From positions 7,998,001 through 8,062,000 of the forward strand of contig NC_135761.1 in assembly GCF_052425735.1 (NCBI RefSeq): 64,000 nucleotides of DNA, given 5' to 3'. Positions 61,201 through 64,000 of the stretch are shown here, one piece after another. The notes under the pieces are model-generated. The model ran no database searches. It saw only the letters and a list, made by a program, of their open reading frames with translations, and was not told the origin of the DNA. Every line of letters starts with the position of its first letter. Position 1 is the stretch's first letter. The position numbers were made by a program, and so were the translations under genes. This DNA comes from Oculina patagonica. Taxonomy: Eukaryota.

Positions 61201-63751
61201 GACCAGAGAAAGACGTCTAAAACTCAGGCTATTTTTAAATTACTTACATGTATATCAGAGAAGCACACCTGTAACATATAACTCACACTCCTCTATTTTA
61301 ATGTTTACATTGCAGCTCCAAGAAGAACTAGCTGCCGAATACTTGAGATATAGGAACGAGTGCGACGCGAGGTAAGTAAATACAATTCTTGGACGGTATG
61401 TTCGAAGGCCGATTTAATTTCTTTTCTCTAAAAGTGCTTTTTATTGCTAATATACATGTATATATCTTATTAACCACGCGCGAGGGCCGTACTGGGCGAA
61501 TATTGGCCCGAGGTCTTGACAGTACGGATCGAGCGCAGCGAGGTCCGTACAAAAAAGACCGAGGGCAAATATTCGCCCAGTACGGTCCCGAGCAAGCTTG
61601 GTTAATAAGAGATTTATTACACGACTGGAAACTTTGTGTAGTGAAAATTGCTACCCGGTCGATGTCGTGGAAAACAATGTGCGCGCTAAAGGAGTTATAA
61701 TTATTTCTGTGTTTAAGGTCATTTCATTTTCAAAGCAATAAAAACTCCGAAAAAATATTGCAAAAGAAATCTTGCAAAAATCTCGCGCTAAATCGCCCGG
61801 GATCATCCGGGACACAAACCCAGTCCGATACTTGGAAAATATCGGCCCTAGCGGGACCGGAAATAAAGTTATCTGATTGGCTGATTTAGTTATTGGCCCT
61901 CGAACCGCCTTAGTCGTGTAATAAGATCTTTTAACGCTTGTTTTCTAAACATATAATTTATATAGTATACTGTGTATATAACGTTATTTTTTTTTCACTT
62001 GGAACATTGCTAAAAGCGTTATTGTGTGATATAATAATGGATAAACGTTTGTGTTCTTACTCTTTGCATTACGTCAGACGGATTATTCATTTTCATTTTC
62101 GGCTTATTCAGTTTACGTATCCAAATTAAAAGTATGTTTTTACTCCTTGTAGAAAAATGTTAATAGCGGACATAAATGAACTGAAATATCAACAAGAGGA
62201 CGCGAAAAAACCAAATGCAGAAGAAGAAGGAGAAGGGAAAGAAGATGTCACGTTCCTAAAACTGGCACTAAAGTGAGTAACAAAACATATAGCAACCAGT
62301 GTAAAGGCCCTATTTGACGGGCATAATAATCGGGAAGTGAAAAAGCGCGTGCGAATGACGATCCGATGCGCTAGTGACTCCAGTCCAGTCCAGGGTTAAT
62401 ACACTGTACCTACGACGCTAATGCATTGCAGGCTAGTTTTCTTGTTGTATCGGACAAAGTGATTGACATTACGATGTGTTTTCTTGTGTCAGGAAAGCGC
62501 GTGAAGACCTGGATGCCAAGAATCAAAAGCTCGCAGAAATGGAGGCTGATTATGGTGACGTTGTACCAAGAAGAGACTTTGAAAGACTCGAAGCTCAGTT
62601 TAATGTAAGCAACTCTCTACTCCTTTCCGGTGGAGGCAGTGACTTCTTGAAAAGCCATGCACACGCGCATTTTCCGCGTATTGAAAAGTCCTTGTTCAAA
62701 ATCTGGCATGCCAGCTTTTCACCAAGAGGCTTGTAAGGGGAAAATGTTGTTAAGTTTTACCATACCTTATTACATGAAATTTTCGCGACACGTTAATTTC
62801 GCGATTTTGAGGAGCGCATATTTCGCGACACTTAAATTTCGCGATTTTGCGGAAATTTTGTATTTTGAATCACTTTAATTTCGCGTTTTTGAGTAAGACA
62901 CAATATACATTTCCGTGGCAGTATTATTAAACATGCCCTTGAATTAAATTAAAACGGCTTTATCAAAGGAACAATAACGTCAAAATTAACAAAAACGTAA
63001 GGTCGGGTCTAAATCTCGGCATTAGCAACAACACTATGTCTACAAGTAGGTCATGCTTGTACGTGCATGAAATATTGTTCTTGAGTCAATTGAGGACAAC
63101 ATCCATTTTACATTGAAGATTCCTTCCTTCAGTGGTACTAAACTTATTCTTTCTTGATTATTGACATAATGTGAGTCACTTAATTTTCACGTCATGTTAT
63201 GTTCGCGACACTTATTGTTCGCGTCACTTTAATTTCGCGATTTTTTTGGAATCGCGAAATTCGCGAAATTAACGTGTCGCGAAAATTTCATGTAATAAGG
63301 TACCATACGATTTTTTTTTCAGTTCAAGAAAAACTTGCTTGCATGCATTTCGTTTAGTTGTGACAAGGAGAGTAACTGTCTGAGTTAATACATTATTGTA
63401 TTTAATTATCTACCTATTTATTCAAAATAGTAATTCAAACATTAATTTTCTTTTTACAGAAATTGCAAAAAGATATGGAGACTTTCACGGTGGATAATCA
63501 AAAACTCATGCAGGAACACAAGTAAGTACTAATATAGAGGCTAGCATAAAATTGTGTTTGTTGTTTAGGAATAATCCCACGCTTCTAAGCGGAATAAACC
63601 CTTTACACGTCGTATAGGAATGCCCATTTTCCCTAGTTGATTTATATTTTCATCTTCACAGCGCCATTCTGGAAGTACACAAGAAAGTTGTAGATCAAAG
63701 AGACCAGTACGCTCAGGACTGTGAACAGATGAGGAGAAGCGCCACGCCTAG
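55255..63751 (+). CDS. TSNAXIP1: Translin-associated factor X-interacting protein 1 (5' part; continues beyond the window)
   Basis: Exons 55255-55286, 56632-56764, 57851-58072, 59198-59332, 59675-59744, 60447-60504, 60901-60937, 61316-61371, 62153-62272, 62493-62604, 63460-63521, 63662-63751. Peptides KPKFLEQLEAFLQKEL, RLQAFREVFEYLIEDFKTYKPLLSAIKHEYE..L.HQREKIRELEPLK, LAAEYLRY..E.DARKMLIADINELKYQ, YGDVVPRRDFE and ATPR match the family as I recall it. Confidence 0.9.
55900..56251. mobile_element. MITE with ~70-bp TIRs and 8-bp TSD
   Basis: ggctttccttacttttaagggact...agtcccttaaaagtaaggaaagcc; TSD ctttggtc at 55892-55899 and 56252-56259. Confidence 0.88.
57174..57770. repeat. Minisatellite, ~52-59-bp unit x 11
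   Basis: caggtagagcctccctg(t)atagtccac...aggagtacatcccatccccctccctt repeated; C-rich on +, G-rich on -. Confidence 0.92.
58484..59114 (-). mobile_element. 5'-truncated RTE-clade LINE
   Basis: Open RT C-terminus ([34 protein letters not shown]), (GTGAA)n tail, 14-bp TSD cagatttatgaact at 58470-58483 and 59115-59128. Confidence 0.92.
59750..60279. mobile_element. TA-flanked MITE
   Basis: TA-ccttattctcact...agtgagaataagg-TA, with internal aatttcgcga repeats. Confidence 0.85.
61468..61924. mobile_element. Composite palindromic repeat element
   Basis: ttattaacca...tggttaataa hairpin followed by ttattacacgact...agtcgtgtaataa. Confidence 0.6.
62763..63302. mobile_element. TA-flanked MITE related to 59750-60279; a fragment also occurs at ~13082
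   Basis: TA-ccttattacatgaaattttcgcgacacg...cgtgtcgcgaaaatttcatgtaataagg-TA. Confidence 0.87.
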
Positions 63752-64000
63752 GTCAGACAATTTCGTACTTGCTTTCTTTACCCTGTGTGCACATTCAGTT
63801 TTCAAATGTTTTTTCTTCGTAGTGTCATTAAAAGCTTGAAAATTATGCACCCTTTCCTCAGAAGCCTTCTATTCCCACTGTAGACCATTTATCCTATTGC
63901 AAATTGTATATGCACAGGCACATTTCGAGATTATTTAGAATACAAGGCTTTCTGTATTTTACAAAGGGTCCACTTAGCCTATGTTTACACGAGACCGTTT

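Noticed and set aside
171-64000. Most remaining 60-130 aa ORFs in the supplied track
   Set aside because: They are antisense or shifted frames of exons, exon read-through into introns, or repeat-derived, often with non-ATG starts and no coding signal.

Overview
AT-rich, intron-rich animal DNA; the repeat families suggest a cnidarian or coral, but that is an inference. Three multi-exon genes could be reconstructed by hand from GT-AG junctions and reading phase. (1) A 37-exon CD109/iTEP-type thioester protein on + (11025-48798) with a signal peptide, furin site RRSRR, GCGEQ thioester, C-terminal Cys cluster and a GPI-type tail. (2) A 4-exon GST theta/delta-like gene on - (51331-54185). (3) TSNAXIP1 on + (from 55255, running off the window), head-to-head with the GST. 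A full-length L1/Tx1-clade LINE sits in TEP intron 9. RTE and Penelope fragments, SINEs and many MITEs are also present. The main discovery is at 32970-36010: the TEP bait-region exon occurs as FIVE intact, same-phase copies with divergent N-terminal bait peptides, interleaved with exactly FOUR inverted, non-coding copies that include the 3' splice site. This N exons / N-1 antisense 'maskers' layout would, by pre-mRNA pairing, leave exactly one exon free. It is a candidate mutually exclusive splicing mechanism for immune diversification that I do not recognise; the architecture is directly visible, the mechanism is inference.
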